Translations under genes and position numbers: made by a program
In this document: positions 22,642 through 33,400 of the stretch, one piece after another
Numbering within the stretch: the first letter of the stretch is position 1
Layout of the letters: each line of letters begins with the position of its first letter
The notes under the pieces: generated by a model
What the model was told of the DNA's origin: nothing
What the model saw: the letters and a program-made list of their open reading frames with translations, nothing else
Databases searched by the model: none
Assembly: GCA_026936335.1 (NCBI GenBank)
Contig: JAPMXV010000020.1
Span: 192,128-256,127 of the forward strand
DNA length: 64,000 nt
From: Mantamonas sphyraenae STR306
Taxonomy: Eukaryota; Protista; CRuMs
Reading direction: 5' to 3'

Positions 22642-24775
22642 TCAGGACCAGTAGGTGGGAACGATTTGGGTGACGTCTGCGCGGCAGATGGGACACTGGC
22701 GCAAGGGGAACTGCTGGGTGCACTCTAGGCAGACGCACTGATGGCCGCAACGCAGGAGCACCGTGTCGATGGCGTTGTCCATGCAGACCTTGCAGAGGTG
22801 CATGTCGTTGAAGCGGTCGATGAGGTTCTTTTGTGCGGTGACGAGGATCTGCTGCTGGTCGATGCGTTCTTGCTGCATGCGCATGGCGGCAAGGGCCATG
22901 TTGTCTTTCCATAGCCTGATGAGGGCCTTGGGGTCGCGCGGGGCGGGTGGGGAGGGAGAGGTGGCGGACGGGGAGGCAGTGGAGGTGGTGGAAGAGGTTG
23001 TGGTAGAGGTGGAGGTCATGATGGTGGTACTCTCGGGTGGGGAGGAGGAGGAGGCGGATGAGGAGTCTGTGTGGGCACGCGTGGTAGCTTCGAGAAGGAG
23101 CTCGACAATGGTTTCGTAGCCGTGGTCGAGGGCGGTTTCGAGAGGCATCTTGCCACGTACGTCGGGGATGTCGAGGCGTGCGTCGCGGTTGACGAGTTCG
23201 AGACAGCCGAGGTAGTTGCCAAAGCTGGCGGCAATGTGGAGGGCAGTCTCGCCTGTGTTTTTGTTGGCGGCGTCGATGTCGACGTGTGCGTCGAGGAGCA
23301 CTTTGAGGGTGTCGATGATGGCCTCGTTCTGTGCAGCTATGTGAAGGAGGGTGTTTCCGGCGTCGTCGACAATGGAGCCGATCTCCGGGTAGGCCTTGAG
23401 GGAGGCAGTGAGCTTTTGGATGCTGCCTCGCTTGACGAGAGCAAACATCTTTGCGTTGGAGCGACGCTTGACCGGCTGGTCGTCGTCGTTGGAGGCGGAC
23501 GTGGTTGCTTGGGAAAGGTTTGCGACGGTGGCTTCTTCGGCGTCGCGCTCTTGTTGGGAGAGGGGTTGCAGGGCGAGTTTGTACAGGGTGTCCATGAGAT
23601 CTTTGTGGGAATCCTGTGGGAGGGCGGGGGTGAGCGTGTGCTGTTGGGCGTGTGGTGGGCGTGTGGTGGTTTCCGTACCCAGTATTTCGCAGCGAGCTGA
23701 GGCTTGACGGTGAGCATGTTGATGTCAAAGATGGTGTCTGCGTTCTTGAGAAAGGGTTGAAGGTCTTTGGTGTGTGGGGGTGTGGGTGGGTGTGAGCGGA
23801 CGGGTTGGAAGGGGTTCGCGAAGGGAAACGGGCGAGAAACGGACCGGGAACCGAGGCGAACCAGGCGAGGAGGTCCTCGTGGGTGGAGAGAAGGGTGGCA
23901 ACACGTTGTCCCTTGTGTTTGGCAACTCTGTGGGCGGGAGTGTTGGTGCTCTTGGTGATGGCCTTGGCCTTGGCGTTGGAGGAAGAGGAGGTGGAAGAAT
24001 AAGATCCGCGGTCGGAAAGGGGCGAGTAGCCAGCGCGAGGGGACGGGGTGGACATGGCATACTCGATGGTGTCACGGTGGGAGGGGACGTCGTAGTCGAT
24101 GTGAGCGGCGAGACGTTCCTCGAGGGCTCGCTGGAGGAGCTGGGCCCGAATGGCAAGGACCTGGTTCACGTTGTCGCGTGCGTAGGTACGATGTGAGCGA
24201 TGGACGTGGTCCATGTCATCGTCGAGATCATCGTCTTCATCGTCTTGGTCGTGGTCGCTAATGATGTCCAGATCATCGTCGCGGTCCACAAAGTCCATCG
24301 AGTAGGCGTAAGGGTTGCGGAAGGGGTTCTCATGGATGGGCGTGTACGATGAGATGGATTGGGCGGTGGAGCCAACTTCGTAGGAAGAGCGTGCAGAGCG
24401 TGAGCGAGGCATGCTGCGTGTGGACGGCGGGGTGTTGTTGGAATTGGCCGTGCGAGAGGAGGAGGAGGCTGAGGAGGCTGAGGATGAGGAAGAGGAGGAG
24501 GAGGAGGAGGAGGAGGAGGTTGTGGTGGTGGTGGACGACGACAAAGGCACGGCGGTGGTTGAAGGCGTGCGCTCGTCGTCTGTGGAGGGTATGCCCGTGG
24601 AGAAGGAGAAGGAGGCGCGACGGCGGCGTGGTTGTTGCGGAGCGTTGTTTGCGTTTGCGTTTGTCTGGGCCTGTGGGCTGTGGTTGCTGCGGGAACTGAT
24701 TGTGGTGTTGCGTCTCTTTGGCGCGGACGTGTTGGATGTGGAAGAACGCACAAGGCGTGTTTCCTGATTGCCCAT
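22642..24775 (-). CDS. Ankyrin-repeat protein with C-terminal C3HC4 RING (probable E3 ligase); two short introns between ~23.61 and ~23.86 kb
   Basis: GNTLLHIAA and GETALHIAA ankyrin repeats; RING CKVCMD...LLRCGHQCVCLEC...CPICR; start MGNQET resembles an N-myristoylation site. Confidence 0.85.
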
Positions 24776-24858
24776 GGCGTGGAGGGATTGCTTTGGGTCG
24801 GCGCGAGGAGAACCAAGCAATTTTCTTTTCTCATTTTTAATAATCCGATCCCAGAAGC

Positions 24859-26521
24859 ATGGTTGGGAACAAGTCGTCGTTTGCTTGGCTGGCTGTAGTG
24901 GCGCTGTGTGTGTGCGCGCTTGCAGGGTTGGCCGAGGGCAGCAGGCTGCACGTGCCTACGCTGTCGGAGAAGGACTTTTGTCCGCTTTGCTTGGAGGAAC
25001 TGCCCAAGGTGCTGAAGGACCTTGAGGACAACGCCACGCAGCACGAGATCGAGGCTGTGTTGTTCAAGGCATGCGAGATTGTGTCTGGATCACTGCGACA
25101 GAAGTGCGAGGACGGGGTCAAGGCGCTGGTGACGGCGCTGGGGATGGGCGTTCAGCCGCTGACGCAGCGGTACTCGACGTACGCCACATGCAGCATCCTG
25201 GGTCTTTGCGAGGTGGACTGCTGCGAACATCCTGTCCTCCCAGAACAGGTGGTAGGTGCTTGGTGAGATTGGAGACAGGGTGGAGAGGAGGAAGGCAAAG
25301 TGTGTGTGGGGGCGGGGGAAATTCGCTGACTCGCTTACTTTTTGCGTGAATGTGTGCGCTTGCGTTTCGGGCGCGGTGTAGCACATTTCGATCACAAACG
25401 TGCCTTCGGAGATGCGCGTGACGTGGGTGACGCTGACAAACCCGACAGGAGTGAACGTGCAGGTGTCGCAGAGCCCGTTTGGGGCAACGAGCGAACCGTT
25501 TGAGCAGGCGGAGCAGGCGGCGTGTTCCACAGACACGTACACGAACGGCGGATGGACAGGATTCATCCACACGTGTCTGATGACTGGTCTGGCACCGAAA
25601 ACGCGCTACTTTTACCGTGTGGGCAGCAGCAAGGCGGTGTCGCAGACGATGCTGCAGTTCACGACGCGCGACCCTGCGGCGAAGCAGCTGAACGTGGCCG
25701 TGCTGGCGGACATGGGTGCCACGGACGTGTCGGACCCGACCATCATGCAGCTGTTGCTGGAACGTCCGGAGCTGGACCTGGTGGTGCACAACGGCGACAG
25801 CAGCTACGCGGACCTGGACCAGACGCTGTGGGACTCGTTCTTTCGCAAGATCGAACCGATTGCAGGGTATGTGCCGTACATGACGTGTGCAGGCAACCAC
25901 GAGAGCCTGGAGAACTTTGCGGCGTACTCGCATCGATTCTTGAACCCGAACAACAGCTCGGACCTGTACTACTCGTTCGACTACGGGATGGTGCACTTTT
26001 TGGCGATCAACACCGAGGCGTCGGATGACTTGATTGCAGATCTGAGCCCAAACACGGCGCAGTACGCGTTTGTGGAGAAGGACCTGGCAGCGGCGGCGGC
26101 CAAGTCGACGTGGATCATTGTGTTTGCGCACAGGCCGTTTTACTGCTCGAACCACCACAGCATCGACTGCATGGGCAACGCAGACACGTTCCGTCAGCAC
26201 ATGGAGCCTCTGTTTAAGAAGTACGGCGTGGACCTTGTGATTACGGGTCACAAGCACAACTACGAACGGACGGCGCGCGTGTACCAGCAGACGCTGGACA
26301 ACGACGCACCGGTGTACCTGGTCAACGGATGCGCAGGCAACAAGGAACACCTGATGAACAGCTTTCAGGATCCGCAGCCTGAATGGTCCAAGGTGCGCTT
26401 TGGCAAGTACGGCGCGGCGAGGATGAACATCACCGAAGACTCGCTGCAGTTTACGTTTGTGCAAGACGAGACGAACATGGTGCTGGACCACTTTGAAATC
26501 GAGCCACGCAAGAAGGTGTGA
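24859..26521 (+). CDS. Secreted purple acid phosphatase with N-terminal saposin-B domain; intron 25252-25381
   Basis: Signal peptide, saposin (CPLC...C...C...CSILGLC), PAP N-domain (PEQV|HIS...MRVTWVT, YFYRVG) and all five metal-binding motifs: DMG, GDSSY, GNHE, AH, GHKH. Confidence 0.9.
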
Positions 26522-26547
26522 GAGGATGGGGGGTTTGTCCGGTCAAT

Positions 26548-29271
26548 TCATTCATCAAAGAGCAATTCGCGGATCTCGAGTTCGAGGGAGGAGAGGTGGA
26601 GGGGAGAGGCGGAGGAGGAGGCGTCTTGTGGAGCAGTGCGTTGTTGGGAGGTGGATGAAGATGGGGTGACGAGGTGCTGCTTGGCGTTGCGTAGCTGCCT
26701 GGCCTCGTTGAGACGTTGTTGAAGATCGCGGATGCGCTGATGAGCGAGGGCCTGCTCGCGTGCAGCCTGGTTGAGACGCAGCACCTCTGCTTGGAGGCGT
26801 TTGTTGACACTGCGCTGCTGGGCGAGTTCGTGTTTGCAGTCGCGAAGGGTGCGGAGCTCGAGCTGGGCCTCGACAAGCTGCTGGTGGCTGGCCTTTGCCT
26901 CGAGGGCTTTGGACTCTGCATAGGCGAGCTGTTCTCGCATGGCACGCATGCGTCCCTCGCAGTTTGCATGCTCTTGGACACGTTCTTGCATGAGACGGAC
27001 CTGTGCTGCGGTTTCGCGAATGGTGGAGGTGCTGCGTGCGAGTTTGTCGCGGAGATCCGCTTGTTCGCGGCGTGCTGTGGATTGGACGTGCTCAAGCTCG
27101 GCCTGGGAGGCAGACAGCTTAGTGACGAGCTCGCCGACCTTTGCTTCGAGTTTGTGTGCGGCATCCTTGGCCGCGGAGAGTTCGGCGTGTGTTTGGCGTC
27201 GTTCGCCACGCAGGAGCTCGTTGTCGGCCTTGAGCTGGGAACGCTGTTCGAGGAGATCGTCGACACGTGCCTGTAGGGATTGGATTTGTACAGAGGAGGC
27301 GGAGGAGGAGGAGGCGGAGGAGGAGGAGGCAGGTTTGGCGGGCGTGGACGTGGCCATGTGTTCGAGATGGACGTCGCCGTCCCAGTGGATGACGGCACTG
27401 ACGAGAGCCTCTGTGGTGGAGACGCCAGTGAGGAGAGAGGTGTCAAGGAGTTGTTTGTGGACGCGTAGGTCCTGAAAGAGCTTGGGTACGGCAGGGGAGT
27501 CGGCGGCAACGTTTGCCTCGAGAGCCTCGAGGGTGGCGGTGAGCGTGTAGAGCTGTTGGCGAGCCTGGGTGGCGTTGTTAAAGAGCACCTGGGCGAGGGA
27601 ACGGAGGGAGTCTTCTGTGCCGGAGGCGGAGGCGGAGGCGGAGGCGAGAGGAAGTGGGGCAAGCGGGGCGGATTGCTGTTGGGTGAGGGCGGCGATCTGT
27701 TTGCGAAGAGCACGGAGTTCGTGGTGGACGGTTTTGTTCTCGCGGTGGACTTTGTCCATGGAGGAGCGGAGGTGGTCGACTTGAGCAGCGGCCTGGCGTG
27801 CCTCGGCGCGGGTTTCGCGCAGTTGGCGGGTGCGCTTGTTCATCTTTTCCTTGAGGCGGTCAATTTGTACATCGTAGTGGGCCGGAGAGGTGGAGGAGGC
27901 TGGTGGGGAGCGGGCGGGGGAGGGTTCGCGAGCGGTGAGGACGGCTGCAAACGGGTCAGATGCCTTTGGAGTCCAGGAGGTGGAGGGATTTGATGGTGCA
28001 GGGCTTGTGGATGGTTTGTGGGCGTTCTTGGCGGCTGCGAGTGCGCCAAGGTTGATGTGGGGCACGGTGACCTGTGTGTGGGAAGGAGAGGACCCGGTGG
28101 GTTCGGAAGTGGGGTGGGATGCGCCGCCGACACGGCGGATGGAGCGGTGTGTGACGATGTCCATGTTGTCTGTGGCATCGCTCATGCTGCTGGAGCGTCG
28201 TTGTGCGGAGTGAACATCCTCAAAGTGGACGGGCACGCGTGGGGTTGTGGGAGGATCTGCAGCGGAGAAGCTGTGGCGCTTCTGGTTTGCAGGGTGGCGG
28301 AGACGTGTGCTGGGGTGAGTGCCATGGTGTTGGTCGTCGTCGTCGTCGTCTTGGGAGGAGAGACCGAGACTGAGGGCTCGGAGTTCGGGCATCTTGTCGC
28401 GGTAGTGTTCCATAAGGCCGTCGACGATGTCACGGCCGGTGTCACGGTCAGAGGGCGGGTCAGACTCTGAGTTGCTGTCTCCATGGGCAAGCTCTGCGCT
28501 GAGGGAGTGTGTCATGGTCTTTGCTGGTTGTTTGGGCTTGCGTTTCTTCTTGCGCTTCTTGGGCGGGTCGATGGTGGCGGCAAGGGCGGCAGTGATGTGT
28601 GTGGTGGGATTGCGCTTGCGGGAAGCAGCAGCCTTTTTGGTACGGTGGCCCGTCTTGTGTTTGGGCTTGTGGGTCTTGCGCGCCAATTTGCTTTTCCCTT
28701 GTGAGCCGTTTGCAACGCCGCGTGCGCGGCGGAGGGTGGAGGCCTCTTCAGAGTCGGAGGGGTGGTCGACAGGGTCTTCGTTGCGTGTGCGTGCGGGGGA
28801 GGAGGATGTTGTGGTGGTGGCTGTGGTGGAGGTTGTGGCGGCGGCAGTGCGCTGGGCTGCGTGGTGGTCGACAAGATTGTCAAGTCGTCGGGCGGAGAGT
28901 TTGGCGAGGCCTGTGCGAGGTTTGGGCAGACCGTGGTCGTCTTTGATGACGACCGAGCCTGAGCGCTGACGCTGAGGGGAGGTGGAGTGGATGGAGGGCT
29001 GGTCAGAGGCGACGCTGACGCCAGCGTCGGATTCACGGTCGGGTTCGGGGGCATCCATGCCGTCGGAAGACTGGGAGGTTGGGTGAGTGTCGTGTGGAGA
29101 GGGTTCGACGAGCCAGCGGGGCGTGGTGGATGGAGAGGTCGGGGATGATGGCGAGCGGGGGCCCTTTGCGGCGGCGTCCTTTGCGGCGACCTCGGCGACC
29201 ATGGACGCAAAGAGGCCCATGTCGGAGAGGGTGCGTTTGCGTGGTTTGGCCAAGTCCAACTTTGCAGGCAT
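26548..29271 (-). CDS. Hypothetical protein: disordered basic N-terminus and long coiled-coil C-terminus
   Basis: ~907-codon ORF filling the space between neighbours; heptad-rich C-terminal half; no recognisable catalytic motif. Confidence 0.7.
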   Translation of the reverse strand: MPAKLDLAKPRKRTLSDMGLFASMVAEVAAKDAAAKGPRSPSSPTSPSTTPRWLVEPSPHDTHPTSQSSDGMDAPEPDRESDAGVSVASDQPSIHSTSPQRQRSGSVVIKDDHGLPKPRTGLAKLSARRLDNLVDHHAAQRTAAATTSTTATTTTSSSPARTRNEDPVDHPSDSEEASTLRRARGVANGSQGKSKLARKTHKPKHKTGHRTKKAAASRKRNPTTHITAALAATIDPPKKRKKKRKPKQPAKTMTHSLSAELAHGDSNSESDPPSDRDTGRDIVDGLMEHYRDKMPELRALSLGLSSQDDDDDDQHHGTHPSTRLRHPANQKRHSFSAADPPTTPRVPVHFEDVHSAQRRSSSMSDATDNMDIVTHRSIRRVGGASHPTSEPTGSSPSHTQVTVPHINLGALAAAKNAHKPSTSPAPSNPSTSWTPKASDPFAAVLTAREPSPARSPPASSTSPAHYDVQIDRLKEKMNKRTRQLRETRAEARQAAAQVDHLRSSMDKVHRENKTVHHELRALRKQIAALTQQQSAPLAPLPLASASASASGTEDSLRSLAQVLFNNATQARQQLYTLTATLEALEANVAADSPAVPKLFQDLRVHKQLLDTSLLTGVSTTEALVSAVIHWDGDVHLEHMATSTPAKPASSSSASSSSASSVQIQSLQARVDDLLEQRSQLKADNELLRGERRQTHAELSAAKDAAHKLEAKVGELVTKLSASQAELEHVQSTARREQADLRDKLARSTSTIRETAAQVRLMQERVQEHANCEGRMRAMREQLAYAESKALEAKASHQQLVEAQLELRTLRDCKHELAQQRSVNKRLQAEVLRLNQAAREQALAHQRIRDLQQRLNEARQLRNAKQHLVTPSSSTSQQRTAPQDASSSASPLHLSSLELEIRELLFDE

Positions 29272-29313
29272 AATGGGAGGGCGTGGGGGGGAGGGGGAGT
29301 TGATTTGCATTGG

Positions 29314-30294
29314 CTAGAGCGGGTCGGAGGCGAGGTGCTGGACGACTCGGAGAAGGAGCTCGTCTGGAAGCGTGCTGTACAGGTGAGAGGGCGTGTAGGC
29401 GTCCATGGAGCCTGCGTCAAAGAGAAGATCGCGCTCGGTGGTGTTGAGGAGGAGAAGGGTCTCCAGGGCCGTGTCGAGGGGGTCGGGAAAGAGTGGGTGC
29501 GTGCTGGTGGACCACGGGAGGGTGCGTGCAAGGTCTGCGGCACTTGTTTGGGAGTTGATGGGTTTGAGGTGAGGATCAGCGCCACGTTCAAGGAGGATTT
29601 GGATGGCGTCGAGGGAAGAGGCAGCGACAGCGGCCATGAGCGGGTCTGTGCTTGTGTCCGGAGAGGCGTGGACGGGCACACCGAGGTCGAGGAGGGTCAG
29701 AAGTGTGTGAGTGTCATCTTGAGTGGCAGCTTGGATGAGGGCCTGGGCATCGGCGATGTTGCGTCCGACCGTCGGGTGTGGATTGAGGCTGATGCCGAGC
29801 TTGAGGAGAGCGCGGTTGTTTTGGAGGGCGTCGTCGAGAAGGTGGTGTTTGAAGGGTTGGGAAAAGTCGTTTTCGTAAAGGTGAATGTACAGGAGGGTGG
29901 TGTTGTGTGTGATGAGATCGGCAAGAGCCGGGAGCGAAGCGTCGGAAAGGTGGTTCTTCCAGAGGCCCAAGGAGAGGACGGGCGGGGCAGAGTCAGACGA
30001 GAGGAGGTCTGCGAGTGCAATGAAGCCGGCGTCGCCTATATGGGAGCCGCTGAGGTCGAGCTCTGTGACGGAGAGGTTTGTGTGGAGGGCGTCGACAAGG
30101 GTTGGGATTGCGAGGCAGTTGAAGCGCTCGAAGCGAAGGGAGACAGAGTGGGGGGAGGGTTGATCAAGAAGGATGGCGGCCGAGTCGGCGTCACCTGCGT
30201 TGAGGGCAAGGAGAAGCGGAGCGGGCTCCTTGCGGAAAGCCAGCATGGGGACGGGGTTGGGTGGGCCCGCGTGGGTGCACAGAAACTTTGACAT
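29314..30294 (-). CDS. RI-like LRR plus ankyrin protein with C-terminal F-box/SOCS-like motif (paralogue of 44421-46475)
   Basis: ELDLSGSHIGDAGFIALADLL-type LRRs, ankyrin PLMAAV...LLERGADP, and C-terminal WSTSTHPLFP...NTTERD...GSMDAYTP...LPDELLLRVVQHL. Confidence 0.8.
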   Translation of the reverse strand: MSKFLCTHAGPPNPVPMLAFRKEPAPLLLALNAGDADSAAILLDQPSPHSVSLRFERFNCLAIPTLVDALHTNLSVTELDLSGSHIGDAGFIALADLLSSDSAPPVLSLGLWKNHLSDASLPALADLITHNTTLLYIHLYENDFSQPFKHHLLDDALQNNRALLKLGISLNPHPTVGRNIADAQALIQAATQDDTHTLLTLLDLGVPVHASPDTSTDPLMAAVAASSLDAIQILLERGADPHLKPINSQTSAADLARTLPWSTSTHPLFPDPLDTALETLLLLNTTERDLLFDAGSMDAYTPSHLYSTLPDELLLRVVQHLASDPL

Positions 30295-30434
30295 GGCTGT
30301 GCATCCGAAGCAATACAACTACTGTGGACGCAGCCTGGGATTTTGTAGGTGGTGGAGGGGGATGATGAGGAAAAGGGCCGGGAGAAAAGCGACAGAGAAC
30401 ATCGCTGACGCAAGGTTCGTGTGCAGTTCTGTGT

Positions 30435-33400
30435 TTGGCCACAGTGGTATGTTGTGTGCAGGAGGAAGGAAGGGAGGGATCTGCGGGCGATGGTTGGGTG
30501 TGGTTGTCGAGGCTAACACGAGAGGGGGGGGCGTGCGCGGGTCAGCTTGCGGTGTTGGGATCTCTGACGTTGCTTGTGTTTGTCAACTCTGTGGATTCGG
30601 GTGTTACGAGGCTTTCGAGCACGGAGGCACACGCACACACTCTGGAAGGGTGTCAAATTGTGTACAGGCGTGGCGGATTGCCAGGGCTGCCGCTGCTGGC
30701 GCGTGTGGAACATTCACCGTGGCATGTGCCCGAAATTCGTGCGTCGCCAACAGGCTTTTTCGTGCGGGACACGCGTCCGCGAGTGTCTGCGAGCATGGAT
30801 GTGTTTCTGTGTCGACTGGTGATCACGGTGCCGCCCGGCGCTGTGGTGCCGGCAACGACGATTGCGCAGGAGAAGCACAACGTGTCTGTGCCTGCGTCGG
30901 GCATGTCGTTTGAGTCGCTGACGCTGGAGGGCTCGTTTACGGCGACCCGGCTGCAAAATTTGCACACGGTGTCGTCTCTGACGCTGCGTTTGAGTGACTC
31001 GAACGTGGAATTGACAAACACGTCGTTTGGGAGTCTGTCGATGGACGTGACGGGGAGCACGGTGCGGCTGAGCACGAGGCAGTCGATTGCGGTGTCGTTT
31101 GTGCGTTTGGACCCTGCACAGGTATGCCTGTCGTCGTCTGTGGCGACGCCGTCTCTGCAGGAGTGCATTGTGGAAGCAAACAGCACCAACTGCACAGCAA
31201 GTGCATCGATGGTGGGACCTGATGCGACGGTGCGCGTGGTGAACGCAACGGTGCGATCGTCGTCGTTGTCGATCTCGTCGCAGCCTCTTGTTGCGACGAC
31301 AGGGTCGCTGAAAAGGGTGCAGTCTGCCAACACGGTGGGCCAGCGCGCAGGGGTTGATTTCACGCCTGGGGAGCGATCGAGCCTGGTGAATCTTTTTGGC
31401 AGGGTGCGAGACGGGAGTGCACAGGTGGACCTGGTGATGTTTGATGTGCCCGGAGCAACGCCAAACGTGACGTGGATGTGGTCGCGCAAGCCAATCTTTC
31501 TGGAGCTGGACTCTGCGTTTCTGTATCTGACTTCGGCGTCGCTTCTTGCGCCGCAGTCACGTGTCATCGACGCGTCGACACTTCCGTCTGTGTGTGCTCC
31601 TCCTCAGACGGCAGCGGACGGCTTGGCCAGTCGGCGGGCAGTGTACGAAGCGATTTCCGCGGTGGTTGGATCGCAGAGCGAGGGCACGATTGCATACTTC
31701 AACGGAACAGGCAGGCCGATTGGCATGTTCCGGGACGAGACTACAAATGAGCTGGTGGAGCGGGAGATGGACATCTGGACAGACACGTTTCTGTTCCTGA
31801 CGGTGCTGTTTGCGGCGTTTCTGGCGTTTGTGATCTCGCTGCTGGTGACGCTGAGCGTGGCGAGGCGGGTGCGAGACAGTGCGCGATCGCAGGACCTGCA
31901 CTCGTTCTTTGCGTGGTTCGACGTGTCGCTGGACAAGATCATCAACGCAGAGAAGCGAAAGAGGCACGCGGCGGCAGCGGTGGAGGCCGACGTTCAGCAG
32001 TCGTCGTCGCTGCTGGATGACGACGGCTCGTGGCGCAGTGCGCTTGGGGCAAACTGGTTGGATGCAAGCATTGATCAGGGCAACTGGAGAGATCACTTTC
32101 AGGAAGTGCGGCTCGGGTTCTATGCAGGGTTTTTCCCGCTGCCGCTTGTGCTTGCGCTGGTGATGCCTTCGACGTTGTTGTCGATTGCGTATGGGTAAGT
32201 GTGTGGGTGGGTGGGTGTGGGGGTGTGGGGGGGTGTGTGTGGGGGGGGGGTGGGGGGAGGGGCGTGTACTGAGAGGGTGGAACTGACAAGTGTTGTGCCT
32301 CGTGGTGTTCAGGTACGTGCCGACGTTTCTCAACCAGTTCTCGATTTTTGCATACATTGTGATCGGGCTCGGGGTGCTGTTTACGTTTGTGGCGACGGTG
32401 GAGTATGTGTTGCATCTGACGCATTTGCAGATGCGCAAGTTTACGATGTTTTTCCACTTGATGCTGGTGGTGAACTCGTCGCTGTCGCTGTTCTTTTTGA
32501 TCAATGTGGCGCTGTGGGTGATCCTGGGGGTGATTATCAAACCGGACGTGGCGTTGCCATACGCAGCGGCGGTGGTTGTGTTTTTCACGCAGGGAGTGAT
32601 GACTTCGCGGCGGCTGAAGGAAATGCGTGCCAAGGTTGTCAAGTCGCTGCGAGACGCGCTGTCGCGCTTCAACTTGCCCGTGGTGGACTCACTGACGGAT
32701 GCAGTGGACTCTGCGGTGGAGGTGTCACGTCAACACCTGCAAGGGGAAGAGGGAAACAAGTCGCAGACGGCTGTGTCGTCGCTGATGGCGAAAGCAAACC
32801 TGGCCATCAGTGGAGTGGAACAGTTTTCGCGTGCGGCACAGGGCCAACACAAGCTGCTGTCGAAGATTCTGCAGATTACAAAGCAGGCGACGCGCACAGA
32901 CACACACAAGTTTGACACGGTGCACACGCTGGCACGTGAGATCCTGCCACTTGTGTTGGAGGGGCACGTGGAGCCCGTGAAGGAGTCCATGCACGGGATG
33001 CTGCAGGAGCTGTTTCAGGACGCGCTCCCAGATGCAGGGTCGATCAATGTGGAGCACAAGGCGCGGCATTTTGTGCACGGTGCACTGATGCCGCGGATTG
33101 CGCGTGTGCTGCATGAGCATGCGACGCCGTTTGCGCAACAGGTGCTTCTGGCTGTGCACGAGCTGCCAGACAGTGCGTTGAAGAACGTGGTGGTGTCGCG
33201 CACGGACACGGTACTGGCAAGCAACTTTCCGGCGACCCTGACCGCGGATATTGCCAAGGCGCTGGAGCAGCAGGTGCGTGAGCAGGGCGACTACAAAGCC
33301 TTGGTGGCGCAGGCCGAGAGGATGTGGAAGGCGATGCAGCAAGGCGAAAGCCTGCGGCCGCTGGCTATGGGCTATGTGTTGGAGCTGTTGTCCAACGCGT

